Source of the DNA: Candidatus Omnitrophota bacterium
GTDB taxonomy: Bacteria > Omnitrophota > Gorgyraeia > 2-01-FULL-45-10
Assembly (NCBI GenBank): GCA_026387175.1
Contig: JAPLME010000012.1
Location: forward strand, 139,429-203,428
Length of the DNA: 64,000 bases
Direction: 5' to 3'
The notes under the pieces are model-generated. The model saw only the letters and a program-made list of their open reading frames with translations, searched no databases and was not told where the DNA came from. Both the position numbers and the translations under genes were made by a program. This document shows positions 31,201-37,590 of this stretch, in pieces; positions within the stretch are counted from its first letter, which is position 1; every line of letters starts with the position of its first letter.

Positions 31201-34200
31201 GATGTGGAAGGCCTTATGGCCGACGGCAAAATAGCGGCCATGGACGCCACGCGATATTATGTTGATGCCGTCCTGAACTATATGGGGCCGGAGAGAGTAG
31301 AGGCCGTAAAACAGGCGATCAGGGAGAAGAGAGTTACATTCATATACAGCGCGTTTTATGGAAGTTCCGGCCTTGCCATGAAGATGCTCTGTGAGCGTCT
31401 CGGAATGTCGGAAGAGACTATAGAAAAAAATATAATTGAGATCGAAAAACCAGGTGAGGGCGTTTACGTCGCAAGTTACGAACCTACGCTGGAGAAGCTC
31501 GAAGTTCTTAAAGCGAAAGTTGATAAAGTGGTAGCTGATATAAAGGATCAGGGTGGAACTCCGATAGTAATAGGAGGTTCAGCCGATAATGACGCTGACA
31601 GATTCCAGGTTAACGAGAATGGAGAAGAGTATATACCCGGGAGGCTTACGGCTATACTTGGTCACTACCTTGTTACTTCGAGAAACTTGCGCGGTAAAGA
31701 TGTGCTGTGGGGCAGAAGCTTCGTATCCAGTCACTACCCGGACGAAGTAGCGATGCTTTTCGGGCAGAAGACGCAAGTAGAGCCCACAGGATTCAAATTT
31801 TCCCCGTCCGTTTTGGCTAAAGGCGGCGTAATATTTTACGAAGAAAGCTATGGCCAGTCATTCTGGGACTGGACACTCGATAAGGACGGTGTCTTACCGG
31901 CAATATTAGCGCTTGAACTTGTAGCGACTACAGGCAAGAGCCTCGCGGAATATGAAAAAGGTATTAAGAATGAACTGAAGGCGGCAGGATTACTGTCAGA
32001 ATTTCATTTCGAACGGGATGACAAGCGTTTACCCGGAGATGTTAAAGACAATGCCGTAAAATTATTTAAAGAATTCTTTAACGGTATTGTGGTAAACCAG
32101 ACCACCTTCGCCGGAAAGAAGATAACCGAAAAATATGATTCTGCTAAATTCGGCGGGATGAAATTTGTTATGGAGGACGGCAGTTGGATCGCTCTGCGCT
32201 CATCCGGGACTGAGCCGGTCATACGTGTCTATATGGAAGCTAAGGATGCTGCGGCAGTCAACGTATTGCGTCAGGCGGCCCTTGTATTGATGGCGCTTAA
32301 TGCAGAGAGATCCAAAACAGAGACTGCAGGTGCTGTAGAGGGCGGAAAGAAACTGCACACGCCTCTCGACGCAAAAGGCGATAAGGCGCTCGCGGCCGGC
32401 TTCCTGAAAGCAGGATATAATAAGGAAGGCAAGACCGCCAACATCGGGTATGGTGTCGAAGAAGGGGCGGTAATCGATGGATCGTTCGCCACAGAGGGCG
32501 AAGGCATCCAGGGTTATTATGTCGATAAAGGAAAGCAATTTCTAGCTACCATTAAGGATATGAGAGATTTCTTTGCCAGACGCGCGCAAATATTAGGTAA
32601 GAATATAAAATATGTAATAAAACCGGGTATTGGCGGCCAGCACACGCCGTTCCAGGGTATCGCTGAAGTCTTTCAGGTGATCGATACGGAAACCGGAATG
32701 GTCGTAGGCGAATACGAGCTGGGTAAGAATTACGAAGAAGCGCTTGGTAAAGTGTTGGCAGGGCTTGGTGCCGACTGGGACCAGATTGCGGTGATCCCGA
32801 GCTCGAAATCAGGCTCCACCGATGAGACGATGATGATATTCAGCGAAATCTTCTACACGCTCCTTAAGAAGATAGCCGAGAAGCAGGGCCTTAACGGCGA
32901 ACAGTTCTCCGACACCTTCTTTAATACATTGCATGATATAAATTTCGAGAATGGCGTCGAACGGAAGGGCGCGGATCTCTTTAAGGGATTCAGTTTGACG
33001 CTCCTTACGAATAATCTGAAAGCCGTTCCGGGATTCAAGACAGACTATGAACAGGTGAGAAATGTGTTCCGTGTTGTATTGGGAAACATGTTCTTTGAGA
33101 CTACCGATAGGCCCTCACAGAGCCGTCTCGCGGCCTTTATTAAAAACTCGGGCCTCGATAAGGAGCTGGGTGAAAAATACGCGCCCGGATTCGGCGCGAT
33201 GTTCGACAATGTCGGCGGACGCTGGACAGCGGACCTTCATATGATGACCTTCCTGGCATATCATAATATGACCGATGAAGAGATAATGGCGTATTGGCAG
33301 AGCCGGTATAACGGCATAAATGAAGTCCGTAACGGTACGCATCTGGCTAATAGTCTCGCGAAGAAGATACTCGACGAAGGGATCACCGATATAGCTCTGG
33401 TCGTTCCGAACGAGCTATTCTGGTTCGGTAAGTCCATAGAGCAGAACTTTAACGAATCTATCTGGCAGGAAGGTTTCGCTAATCTGGTCGCCGTTAAAGC
33501 GAGTAATTGGGAATACCAAAAAGCTAACTATTCCGGTAAATCGAAACGGCTTGTCGTGGATATTACCGGAGCAGAACTCGATATGAAAGGCTGCGATCTC
33601 TTTAAAGTGCCCGCGCTTTATAGCGGTACAGCGGCAGCCAAGACAAAAGAAAATTTGGCTATAGAGCTCGGAAGGCTGTCTACAACATTCTATGGCACCA
33701 CATACACCGTCGGGACGAGGCTCATAGATAGAGCGTTGGCGCGCGAAGGATATACGTGGGCCGATGTCGATATCAATAATCTGAATAATCCGGCAACGAG
33801 GATCATACAGCGCAATCTCTATTTGCGGCAGCCGTATGTAGAACTCGGCAAAGGGCTATTAGAACAGAAGATGGGTCTTTTTCAAGAGGCAGGCCCTAAA
33901 GCTATACAGGCAGAAGTTGCTAACATACAGGATGACGCCAAGCGCGGCAAACTTATCTCTAATATTGAAGAGTTAGGGCTTCCTGATAATGTAACTGATA
34001 TGCGGACACTGGCCAAGACTATATTTAAGGCTGTCAAATTTGCCGAGAAGGAGAATCGTAAGTTCGTGCCGTTCATATATCTGGAAGGCGAGAAGTTCTA
34101 TGAATTACGGGAGGCTCTTGTAAAACTCGGCATCGAATGGGTTATGCAGGGTACCGGCGACCAGCATATCAGTTATCAGCAGGTCCTGGCGCAGCCGCAA

Positions 34201-35151
34201 AAGTATCTGCCGTTCATAATTTCATTCGTTCCTGAGAAGATGCTCCCGGGCAGGCCCGCGATCGGATTCGCCAAAGGCTACCTGAATAATGTAAGCTCGA
34301 ATATGGTGAGGGACCTTTTCGCGGAGGCATCCTATAGGGCATTGACAGAGCCGAGAACGGACGAGGCAGGACAAAGCGTCCAGGGCGCGATGGGCATCTT
34401 CCTTCGCTTACAGGATTCGCAAGAGAACAGGACTATGCTTAAAGAGTCGTTCAAAGAGGCGATCACAGGCCCGCGCGTAGTAGAAATGACGATAACACCT
34501 AGGGCAGCAGCGAATAAGCCGGAGGCCGCACGTGAGGAGTATATTTACGATACCTATGTTAAAAATGACGCGGCAGCGCTTCACCAGACTCTCGTCGGAC
34601 TTGGGGTCAATACTGAGTTGACGAAAAACAAACAGGTGCTGATACTCTACGATACGGCGATAGATCCGACGGTGGATACAACTCATGTAGCGCACGCGGG
34701 TGAGGTTGCCGTAAAAAAATACATGAATGAGGCGATAATAGAAGTTCGCGGCACAGGTAAGGCTCTTTACGAAGCGGCCAAAGCGCAAGCTGGAAATTTG
34801 AAAGGGCCATACGCGATTGTTACGATAGCCGGGGACGTGACTTTGAGGGAGATAGGCACGGAAGGCTTGAAGGACCTCGGCAAGGTAATCAATGTGCAGA
34901 ATCCTGATAACAGGTATATCCCGGTCATTGGATTGTATGATCTTGCGCTCAGGATCGCATATGATCTCGGTGATGAAAAGATACTCGAATGTTTAAACAG
35001 GATCGCTACAAAGGATCCTAATTTTACGCCGTTTACCTTAGAAGATCTAAGGAAAGGTATGATAACAATACTGCCGAAGATCAGGCCTGTCGATATGGCC
35101 GAGGCTGTTGAAGCCTATAAGGCTGCGCAGGCAGCTCTTAAGTCGCTGTAA
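25201..35151 (+). CDS. Giant secreted multidomain protein (3316 aa) embedding a UTP-glucose-1-P uridylyltransferase-like domain, an alpha-D-phosphohexomutase (PGM/PMM) domain and a phosphoglucose isomerase domain.
   Basis: RBS ggagga. Signal-like N-terminus MRFWKKTISILLIHAFLLSSLPAGALQPAFAAA. TANSMDGGLGESTGRMKF (28221-28280) UGPase-like. FGTSGVRW (30578), TASHNGDEWNGIKF (31051-31095) and RSSGTEPVIRVY (32197-32235) are PGM signatures. KPGIGGQ (32622) and SSKSGSTDET (32800-32830) are PGI signatures. Confidence 0.85.
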   Translation: MRFWKKTISILLIHAFLLSSLPAGALQPAFAAALDNTPTATKEITTNPENIIISRDYGIVKSKFTGKSDKLIIHIQDAHCNYEAQSNIAKIIESLVKNDSLSFVSVEGADGLIDTSWFKAFPDAEVRKEVANYFMKKGEITGPEFLSITTDYPIKLFGAETREYYIQNLNAFTASYPSKEETEKYLNGIKAVLNKLQSFIYNDDLKAMDAKSREHESKKIQFNEYVRFLQSEAEKHKINLRQYENLFKLINVLTYEKKIDFSVTDKERSAVIDEFSKVLPKDILTELVNKSISFKVGKIASSEYYEYLRNLAAKNGIELLKNYPNLSNYIIYNSVYSKIDNEKLFNDIKEVESVIKEKLFENEDQRTLEKLSRHIDTLLGLINIKLLNGEFDYYKTHKEEFTPESFTDFMKAKSIQFGLAYETEPPAATVADSITKLEDFYAIAIKRDKALVDNTLEGMKKADQKIAVLVTGGFHSEGMAKLLEKQGISYVVVCPNITKDVPTPYIQILTNQRTSFEDILSTPQEPVKQNMLAPALLSWTMGLKPEEFNRLFKNFAGLKDRVGDVQDAWVKEHLLLWLHKALQYMGQHRMAHDKNVLKDAYRMAIERTAQAAGRSIAEAKDTAEAIISSEVFIAAFDAAYSTLTVPAVVDIAHKAAGSDTSEEGEDIPEDENIREKTHGATLTNAVINRSMEAPGTQFLTIFDANNPSAMLNAQKINTKFADIVYDLESVIKGLEDSDIKNIVRTIEEIGFNTTEFEKAFTKENLLGVLKSGSGFKINLVQPKEEITGLKVPGIAMLRMGSNYGHYSVNNNSIYCAWGAVNALLEENTGLSRRLIVALALHELTEYAVLKKMFPGKSVADDVNSAERIVHEAAQRLEKLVVGLGSTDKVSKLDDKLAQITTEYYNEFSQRLLDIVVKNAKLNSADKGYLWSMWKQHIVRYTSSGGRKQLRIITDRKLLDSPKFDPLVDGNFLLASMLSDKERETILGAFEYSDLKNDEANAEAARQVVVTANSMDGGLGESTGRMKFLQMMAVENGLSPKVEMGAKGTDFGYFMTYKGHKVFVSIAEAKLLQLYLAATATDIAGNKKFGGINFQPLVNKDSKKSYKNLLNKVCIFDSLDPNVELKRSYKDLLEAAGVKVFDDMLEQADLPWIDMATHNITLGLDEERRQPGGHGQWGFYFLYDAYSSKPPDDGKTHVRVFYNGDNLNSRINENIAGAMVRNRWPIVKLTTIATGIDKKGGKDGVRIKKVGDKTVYIPDQMEEAEAKRAGQLEEFYGAGLEGGLGENNKQPFNTNMFYMNITLIHSVMRELMEQGLISEEKFYDIISPILIPREKEDPVTKAKGAYAPIDGAIGVAMHHFNEFFLLNTDPKVKAVLDKYGIKRMLYFVNVPRTEFFTPVKKCYDMWLQAYSDYYTKIDTGSWSLKDSEGAVTPPGFVLIEPPFEEKDTKSYWNEMQNVIDSFGHASTIQLKSLTIVGKIIAKDAKFIGTVVIENKNSQIVDLNQLRATNPELEALYSGDKAILKDVRIVINKDLSVTVEPISKDARITVNEDFSVTIEPSSTNGDVGAIRGNGEGVSAEEHGTRTLGNANYDRVKAAQEYSLNGIIARRFDSDNGNGSVVYTLSTERDYRPFMGDKKVAGINIADFNKDGEQAKLELIKRSLVGENITFYIIKGLKDKLLQSGIVPDLMFHPGVTRRAIYMDEGDFRYLLSLENGVDIIAEAVKHEKAHMKDSSATEAAVEKIAPIYNVRLAFTLRDVAQNRAKMEIENRQFEVGKEYEPGKVYQKPLPKFAKFGTSGVRWLTWDIFEQFRQAAEKVKAGKADITAQDREFARKYDVLVSNGYTQADFTMPNIGLVTKSIALYNLKKAQGLYETVSGTTDDFRKKLEEKGLLLFYDNRPGNFEYVKEMARILVSYGIKVTLNKFENKFTPVLIASMSLLIKREGYAGGLYLTASHNGDEWNGIKFNAEDGAPSMPKVTDAIGAILAEEIGREKPGYDRAKKDVEGLMADGKIAAMDATRYYVDAVLNYMGPERVEAVKQAIREKRVTFIYSAFYGSSGLAMKMLCERLGMSEETIEKNIIEIEKPGEGVYVASYEPTLEKLEVLKAKVDKVVADIKDQGGTPIVIGGSADNDADRFQVNENGEEYIPGRLTAILGHYLVTSRNLRGKDVLWGRSFVSSHYPDEVAMLFGQKTQVEPTGFKFSPSVLAKGGVIFYEESYGQSFWDWTLDKDGVLPAILALELVATTGKSLAEYEKGIKNELKAAGLLSEFHFERDDKRLPGDVKDNAVKLFKEFFNGIVVNQTTFAGKKITEKYDSAKFGGMKFVMEDGSWIALRSSGTEPVIRVYMEAKDAAAVNVLRQAALVLMALNAERSKTETAGAVEGGKKLHTPLDAKGDKALAAGFLKAGYNKEGKTANIGYGVEEGAVIDGSFATEGEGIQGYYVDKGKQFLATIKDMRDFFARRAQILGKNIKYVIKPGIGGQHTPFQGIAEVFQVIDTETGMVVGEYELGKNYEEALGKVLAGLGADWDQIAVIPSSKSGSTDETMMIFSEIFYTLLKKIAEKQGLNGEQFSDTFFNTLHDINFENGVERKGADLFKGFSLTLLTNNLKAVPGFKTDYEQVRNVFRVVLGNMFFETTDRPSQSRLAAFIKNSGLDKELGEKYAPGFGAMFDNVGGRWTADLHMMTFLAYHNMTDEEIMAYWQSRYNGINEVRNGTHLANSLAKKILDEGITDIALVVPNELFWFGKSIEQNFNESIWQEGFANLVAVKASNWEYQKANYSGKSKRLVVDITGAELDMKGCDLFKVPALYSGTAAAKTKENLAIELGRLSTTFYGTTYTVGTRLIDRALAREGYTWADVDINNLNNPATRIIQRNLYLRQPYVELGKGLLEQKMGLFQEAGPKAIQAEVANIQDDAKRGKLISNIEELGLPDNVTDMRTLAKTIFKAVKFAEKENRKFVPFIYLEGEKFYELREALVKLGIEWVMQGTGDQHISYQQVLAQPQKYLPFIISFVPEKMLPGRPAIGFAKGYLNNVSSNMVRDLFAEASYRALTEPRTDEAGQSVQGAMGIFLRLQDSQENRTMLKESFKEAITGPRVVEMTITPRAAANKPEAAREEYIYDTYVKNDAAALHQTLVGLGVNTELTKNKQVLILYDTAIDPTVDTTHVAHAGEVAVKKYMNEAIIEVRGTGKALYEAAKAQAGNLKGPYAIVTIAGDVTLREIGTEGLKDLGKVINVQNPDNRYIPVIGLYDLALRIAYDLGDEKILECLNRIATKDPNFTPFTLEDLRKGMITILPKIRPVDMAEAVEAYKAAQAALKSL

Positions 35152-35172
35152 CACTGTAGACCATATATTAAG

Positions 35173-35210
35173 AAGAGGCGTAGGGAAAGCCCTACGCCTC
35201 TTTTCTATTT
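35173..35210 (+). terminator. Rho-independent terminator of the giant gene.
   Basis: gaggcgtaggg-aaag-ccctacgcctc followed by ttttctattt. Confidence 0.75.
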
Positions 35211-35213
35211 GGA

Positions 35214-35440
35214 GAGCGAAGGCGAAAATATCATGGCGGCTATGACGGCAGCAGGGATTTTTTAGGGGTGACGCTCTTTCCAGCCTTTTTTCGAATAAGA
35301 GGCGGTACGTAGTGGGGCTTATCACGATCGACTAGTGTTACGTGCAAGAGTCGGACACAGCCTCGCATAGGAAAAAAGGCGAAAGAGCGGCAGGACCCCT
35401 AAAAAATTTGTGGTATCGGTATGTGAGGACCCGAAGAATA
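35214..35440. ncRNA. Structured intergenic element A (candidate ncRNA or MITE-like repeat), closed by a long-range stem.
   Basis: GGCGAAAATAT (35216-35226) is the exact reverse complement of ATATTTTCGCC (35427-35437). Nested inner helix ATTTTTTAGGGG (35250-35261) / CCCCTAAAAAAT (35395-35406). Homologous element at 62086-62375. Confidence 0.4.
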
Positions 35441-35460
35441 TTTTCGCCGGGGCTGAGATA

Positions 35461-35488
35461 TTGCCTATTTGCCGTTATATGATATACT
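35461..35488 (+). promoter_or_regulatory. Sigma70-like promoter upstream of the conserved leader.
   Basis: TTGCCT, 16 nt spacer, TATACT. This places the TSS about 10 nt before the palindromic leader. Confidence 0.45.
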
Positions 35489-35503
35489 TATATACAAATA
35501 TAA

Positions 35504-35560
35504 GGCCGATGTCAGAGACATCGGCACTTAGCTATCACTATGGCAGAATAAACTAGGAGA
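35504..35560 (+). promoter_or_regulatory. Conserved palindromic leader element, copy 1.
   Basis: GCCGATGTC-AGAG-ACATCGGC perfect dyad (35505-35525), then ACTTAGC...ATGGCAGAATAAACTAGGAG. Near-identical copies at 47588 and 59813. Confidence 0.6.
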
Positions 35561-35564
35561 TAAA

Positions 35565-36245
35565 ATGCCAAAGATGCCTAAAAGAAGAAATTATTTCATA
35601 AATAGAAAGTTCCAGCTAAGATACACCCTATCGATAGTCGCTATACTTGCCGTAGTGATGATCGCCAGCGGTGTAGGTATCTATTTCGGCATGTGGGGTT
35701 CGATCATAGAGAATTTCTCCCAATTTAAAGTCTCGCAAAATCTCGAGACTGCCAAACGCATAACTGATTATGAAGACGTTCGATACAGGAAAGGCGACTA
35801 TCGTCTTGAAAAGATATTCAGGGAGGCGGAACTGTTGAGCGCCCAGCAACAGGACGCTCTTAAGAACGCTCTGAAGGCGGTTAACCACTCTCTCTTCCCG
35901 AAGATAGCAGTGCTCGCCGTCATAATATTCATCGCCGGCATATTTATTTCCCATAAGATAGCCGGCCCGATGTACAGGATAGAAAAATCGGCCGAGTCTA
36001 TACGTGACGGAGACCTTTCCGTCAGCTTCAGGGTGCGAAAAGGCGACGAGATGAAAGAGGCCTCCACCGCGCTTGAGGAGATGGTGGACTCCCTGCAGGC
36101 AGATTTCGTCAAGATAAAGACAGCCGGTAAGGCGCTCGACGAGAGAATAGGGTTCATCGAGCCTCAGATAAAAGGAGAGGACGCGCGGCGGCTGAAAGAC
36201 ATAGTCAAGGTGATAGATGAGGTACTCTCCAAATATAAGACATGA
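35565..36245 (+). CDS. Small membrane protein: two TM segments plus a HAMP domain and no output domain.
   Basis: RBS aggag. TM1 LSIVAILAVVMIASGVGIYFG and TM2 IAVLAVIIFIAGIFI. HAMP-like IAGPMYRIEKSAESIRDGDLSVSFRVRKGDEMKEASTALEEMVDSL. The stop overlaps the next start (ATGA). Confidence 0.7.
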   Translation: MPKMPKRRNYFINRKFQLRYTLSIVAILAVVMIASGVGIYFGMWGSIIENFSQFKVSQNLETAKRITDYEDVRYRKGDYRLEKIFREAELLSAQQQDALKNALKAVNHSLFPKIAVLAVIIFIAGIFISHKIAGPMYRIEKSAESIRDGDLSVSFRVRKGDEMKEASTALEEMVDSLQADFVKIKTAGKALDERIGFIEPQIKGEDARRLKDIVKVIDEVLSKYKT

Positions 36246-37522
36246 AGAAAACATTTATCTCCGTCTTAGTGCTTTCGCTTTGGCTCCCGCTGACCATTAT
36301 GCCAATAAATGAAGCGGCCACACACGATGAAGAGTTCCTGGATAAACTCCAATATGACAGCATTCTCTATTTCGCCGAACAGGCGAACCCCAAGAACGGA
36401 CTCGTAAAAGACAGTTCCCGTCCCGGAGCTCCCTGCAGCGTCGCGGCCGTCGGTTTCAGCCTGGCCGCCATGTGTATAGGGGAATCTAGGGGATGGATTG
36501 ACGGCGACAAGGCCTATGAGCGGGTCATCAGGACGCTCAGGACTTTCAGGGACGACGTGCCGAACGAACACGGCTTTTTCTACCATTTCCTCGATATGCG
36601 CACGGGATCCAGGACCTGGAGCTCGGAATTATCATCTATAGATACCGCCCTTTTTCTGGCCGGCGCGTTATTCGCTGGTGAATATTTTAAAGGTACCGAG
36701 GCCGAAGAGATAGCGCATCAACTTTATGAGCGGGTGGACTGGCCCTGGATGATGAACGGTAAGTCCGTCATGTGTATGGGTTGGAAGCCGGAATCGGGTT
36801 TTTTGTGGTATTATTGGGATTCCTATAATGAAGGCATGCTATTATACGCTCTCGCCATAGGTTCTCCGACCCACCCTATCCCGAAAGAAGCATGGAGGGC
36901 CTGGAGGAGAGAGGCGGATTCGTATAAAGACTATGATATCGTATATTGTATTACGGGCAGCCTCTTCACGTACCAGTATCCGCATGCCTGGATCGATTTT
37001 CGCGACCTGTATGACGGCAAGATTAACTATTTTGAGAACTCTGTAAATGCTACGAAGGCAAATCGAGAGTTCTGTATCGATAATGCCTCAGAACATAAGA
37101 CTTATGGAGAGAATTCCTGGGGCCTTACCGCTTCTCTTGGTCCGGATGGTTACAGAGGATACGGCGCGAAACCCGGTGAAGGGTTAAATGACGGCACCAT
37201 AGCTCCATGTGGAATGGCCGGCTCGATCGTATTCGACTCTCAGGCGTCTTTGAGCGGGCTGAAATATCTATATGATAATTATAGAAACTTTTTATATGGG
37301 AGATACGGTTTTAAAGACGCTTTTAACCTGGATAAGGGCTGGTGGGCCGAGGAAAATTTGGGCATAGATGTGGGGATCACCCTTGTGATGGTCGAAAATT
37401 TCCGCTCAGAGCTTATCTGGAAGAAATTTATGAAATTAGACGCTATAAAAAGATGGATCGACCTGTGTATGACGAAGGAGACACCTGTAAATTCACAGAG
37501 CCAGATACCCGTTGACAAATAG
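36242..37522 (+). CDS. Secreted (alpha/alpha)6 glycoside hydrolase-like protein of the GH144/DUF3131 (beta-1,2-glucanase-like) type.
   Basis: Signal peptide MKKTFISVLVLSLWLPLTIM. Paralogous to the C-terminal half of 43451 (shared GFFYHFLDM, YQYPHAWIDFRDL, FENS.NAT.ANR.FCIDNA). Family assignment is from memory of similar proteins and is unverified. Confidence 0.55.
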   Translation: MKKTFISVLVLSLWLPLTIMPINEAATHDEEFLDKLQYDSILYFAEQANPKNGLVKDSSRPGAPCSVAAVGFSLAAMCIGESRGWIDGDKAYERVIRTLRTFRDDVPNEHGFFYHFLDMRTGSRTWSSELSSIDTALFLAGALFAGEYFKGTEAEEIAHQLYERVDWPWMMNGKSVMCMGWKPESGFLWYYWDSYNEGMLLYALAIGSPTHPIPKEAWRAWRREADSYKDYDIVYCITGSLFTYQYPHAWIDFRDLYDGKINYFENSVNATKANREFCIDNASEHKTYGENSWGLTASLGPDGYRGYGAKPGEGLNDGTIAPCGMAGSIVFDSQASLSGLKYLYDNYRNFLYGRYGFKDAFNLDKGWWAEENLGIDVGITLVMVENFRSELIWKKFMKLDAIKRWIDLCMTKETPVNSQSQIPVDK

Positions 37523-37590
37523 TCTCTGTATGATAATATAACCCTAATATCGGGATTATCGCTGTACAGCGGAAAACCAGGAGAGATGAC

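Noticed and set aside
35628-36254. A 208-aa minus-strand ORF almost exactly antisense to the HAMP-protein gene.
   Set aside because: The plus-strand reading has TM/HAMP motifs, a conserved leader with SD, and ATGA coupling to the next gene. The antisense translation has no features and odd composition.
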